Source: the human T2T-CHM13v2.0 reference genome, Homo sapiens
DNA length: 64,000 nt
Direction: 5' to 3' (one strand)
Assembly (NCBI RefSeq): GCF_009914755.1
Contig: NC_060935.1
Shown piece by piece: positions 60,660 to 64,000 of the stretch (the stretch's first letter is position 1; every line of letters begins with the position of its first letter). Below the pieces are notes generated by a model, which was not told the DNA's origin, did not search any database, and was given only the letters and a program-made list of their open reading frames with translations. Both the position numbers and the translations under genes were made by a program.

Positions 60660-63600
60660 TCAGAGGTGAATACACCGAAAGATAGGCCTGAGAGGAGGTG
60701 AGAAGGCACAATTAGGGTTGGCGTATATAAGGCAGCTTTGATTAACATCAAGGAAGCTCACAGTTCTGGCTTCACAATCCAGGAATAATCCTATGTGGCT
60801 GGTAGGTCTTGCGATATATTGCAGTGTAAGTGGGGAGGTGGTAAAGAGACTGCACTGAATGATGTTCTTGACACATCCAAGACTAAAGAGTCCCTCCTCT
60901 CCATATATATGGTCATTCTGATTCTTCCCTTTCCAATACTTATAACAGACACCAAAAGCCTAATTCCTAGAGTACCCCACATGGACCTCCCAGTAATATT
61001 TGCCAGAGGTGAAAGTCTGAGCACCCCATGCAAGAAAACTTGTAGGTGTTGCAGTGATATGGGGTGGATTTGGATGGTCACATCCAATACACATGCTTCT
61101 CAAATCTCCACATCGAAAGATATGACTGTTGGCTTATCATGATTCAGAGTAATATCCACTGCGAAAATAAATAAATAAATAAATAAATGAGAAAGAAACA
61201 AAACATGCATAGACATGTGTCAATAAGCAAAAATTGTTCTATCAAGAAGTTAATTTACCAGGAAATGTAAAGTCACAAGGACAATTTTGCTTGTAACTTC
61301 TAATAAAGCATAGAGATGATTAATTTTAACTACAAGACAAACAAAACACTAACCACAGATATTAAAAATGTTTTGAAAACTTACATATTGAGAGCCAAAT
61401 GTAAGACCAACTTCTTTCAATCCAATTTTCAAAGCAAAATTTGCACATTATATGCCCTAAATGCTATGCTGTTATCAAGATCATTATTTAGAAATGTTTC
61501 TTATTCTTAAAAACTAGTGCTATCATTTTGGAAAGAATGTGAAGATTTTCAGTTACTCAAGAACTGCTCTTGATGACTGGATAAAAATCCGTAAGTACAT
61601 GTCATAAGTGACAATTTAAAGCAGATTTCTGTAAAATCTTTTACCAGTCTCTCTGTGGTCCTCCATGCTAGCTTGGGGCTGAAGCTGGATTTTAAACTTA
61701 ACCTGTAGCTTTTCATATTGCAATTAAACTGAACTTCTTTTTGTTTGTAATTTTACTTGTATTCACAAAATGATTTCTTCTTTTTATGTTGACCCATTAA
61801 CTAATTTTTTTTTGGCAATTCATGATACATATCCATTTAAAAAATTAAAAACCCCCAGCAATCCCCAGTAAACCATAATCCCCAAAACAACAGTTCTTAG
61901 CTGTTCAAATGAATACACTAAGGAAACGTAAAATTTTGTATTTAACATTAAATAACTCACCTTCATTCTGAGCATTGTTCAATTTGCTCCTTTTTTAAAT
62001 TTGCTACACTACTCCTTTTTCCCATTACATTACTCAGTACATATGAGGCCAAAATGTATTTGTTTTTCACTATCTTTCAAACTTAATGCTATAAATCTGA
62101 CTGTACAGACACAGATACAGAAGGGTTGCATGATTATGTTGTCCACTTACGTCTATAAAAAAGTAAAATATTTGATAAAGGGTGAAATATTACCTATGTG
62201 GTCCTAACAATAATAATATTTAGATAGTGGGATTGCTACCTATGGGTGGAGACTTACCTCAGAATTGCATGAGCCTGTCCCTCAGTCCAGTGATGGGCCC
62301 TGCCCTGAGCTCTAGATTCAGAGGCTGGGGCATGTGCAGCAGCACGGACTCACTCCTGCAAGGAAAAACCTGCAGTTACAACATCTACAGCCATAAAATA
62401 AATAAAAATAACTATTTCTATTTAAAATACAGTTCATGAGAATCCTTTGAATCAACAAATTTGATTATTCAAAAATTATTCCTTCCTTTTTGGAATTAAT
62501 TTCTATTTACAGTTTCCAAATTTTAAAGCATAGTGGGAGAGTCTGAGTCAGAATTCAGTCTGATCTTTCTTTTTTTCTGCCCCACATGTGTAAGTATCCT
62601 TAGCCTTATGGCCTTGAGAATATTTAGAAATGAAATTCTGAGTTCCACTTCTTGGCAGACTCCACTGACATCTTTGTCTGAAATAGCTGGGTTCTGGGGA
62701 GACTGCTGCATCTGCTGCTTCCTTTTCAAGATAAAGAATGTGAAACTTGTTCTAAGCAGCTAGACCTGCCTTTTAGAAACAAGCTTCCCTAGAGACTTAT
62801 ACAGTTCTAACACTCTACAGTTTTTTCAACCTATTTTTCAGGACTGTTAACTGATATGTATGTAGGTATGAACAACAAATCATCAACTTTTTCACTGCTA
62901 AAATTCTTCCCCCACTTCTCTCCTGCTTCCTCTGGTGACTTTCTCACCATCCAGAAAATAAAACTTTATCTTTCACCTATGCAGGCTTTTAAGCAATAAA
63001 ACAAAATCAGTAATAAACATTTTTTTATTTCACTATTTATTTATTTATTTATTTATTTATGTATTTATTTATTTAGTGTTCTTGTCTTTTTTGGTGTGAG
63101 AGTGAAAGCAGATGCAAAAAAAAAGGTAGTATCAATATCTTAATCATTTATGCCATGACTTTGGTAGAGCCTGCTTTGATATTCATGGAAACTGAAAGAA
63201 TATATGCTAAAATCTAGGTAAATACTCACCTGTGTAATATGTCTCCAAAACCCTGTAAGAAAAACAGAAATATGTAGGACATTTCACAAGATGCACCTTT
63301 CACTAAGTTCAGTGTGAAATTTGGAGTCAGTTTCTAAAGATATTATTTCCTTACCATCTGGAAAGCATTTTCTATCTCTTCTGTAATGAAAAACCCAGTG
63401 AGTCGTTTTGTCATTAATTAATGTCCTGGTAAAGTCTGAGTCTTGAAGACATTCTCTCCAGGAGTGAAGGGAGAAGAGGCCCAGAAAGTCCATGCTCTGT
63501 GGTAGCTTCAAATAACCTACTCAGTCATCTTTCCCAGAACCTATTACCCAAATGAGGTGACCTCAAAATATTATTAATGTGAGCCTAGATTCCCAAAACT

Positions 63601-63695
63601 TCTGATCTTGCCATGTCCTCAAATTAACCTAAATGTAAATGAATCACTCATTATTTTATACATGTTAAACACCCCAAAATATATTACTGACTTAG
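60660..63695 (-). pseudogene. TRIM48/49/53-like pseudogene 3' fragment; exons 63252-63230, 62355-62258, 61158-60660
   Basis: Close inverted copy of 25470-28510. TGA at 62261-62259, a 1-nt deletion near 61135 and TAG at 60962-60960 in the SPRY exon. Homology to the TRIM48 intron stops at ~63695. Confidence 0.88.
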
Positions 63696-64000
63696 AAATG
63701 ATTCAGAAGGTGCATTTCTCTAACATGTTTGTACCAATATAGGAGTTGGTCAAGAAGAAGACTGACATCTTCAACAAGTGAATTTTACCTCTGTGTGCAG
63801 GAAACTCCAATTTATTGCCATGTCCCATGCAGCACGAAAGCCGGAAGAAAAGTAGGAGGGAGAAGAGTATTTGGCTTTAAGGAAATCACCTGGTGTTTCT
63901 CACAATGCTTTTATTCCCGTCCTATAGGTTCAAAATTAGGCAGATGGGACACCAAGTTGTAATGTATCTGGGAATGCTGTTTGCACTCTAAGCCATATTT

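Overview
Human pericentromeric DNA, most consistent with the chr11q11 alpha-satellite/arm boundary. It is not prokaryotic, and most ORFs in the supplied track are artefacts of repeats. Bases 1-17.7 kb are diverged ~171-bp alpha satellite with an orientation flip at ~3655: the left block has only A-type monomers, and the right block mixes A- and B-type monomers with at least 7 intact CENP-B boxes. TRIM48 follows on the + strand; its spliced CDS (19840-26912) encodes a 224-aa RING/B-box protein, the coiled-coil exon is dead, and an open SPRY exon sits behind a stop codon. Next come a ~0.9-kb almost pure A/T minisatellite, an MT-ND1 NUMT, a 4.3-kb SATR-type satellite with palindromic units and a ~1.35-kb higher-order period, and an unassigned GC-richer block. 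On the - strand lie a TRIM51-type pseudogene (probably TRIM51HP) and a 3' fragment of a TRIM48-like pseudogene. The most unexpected observation is an orphan, diverged copy of the TRIM promoter/exon 1 at ~45.4-45.7 kb (- strand). It keeps DUX4-type motifs, a TATA-like element and a splice donor, but no TRIM coding exons follow it, so it is a candidate zygotic-genome-activation (ZGA)/DUX4-driven non-coding transcription unit. All alignments were done by eye; repeat subfamily names are recognition-based and need RepeatMasker confirmation.
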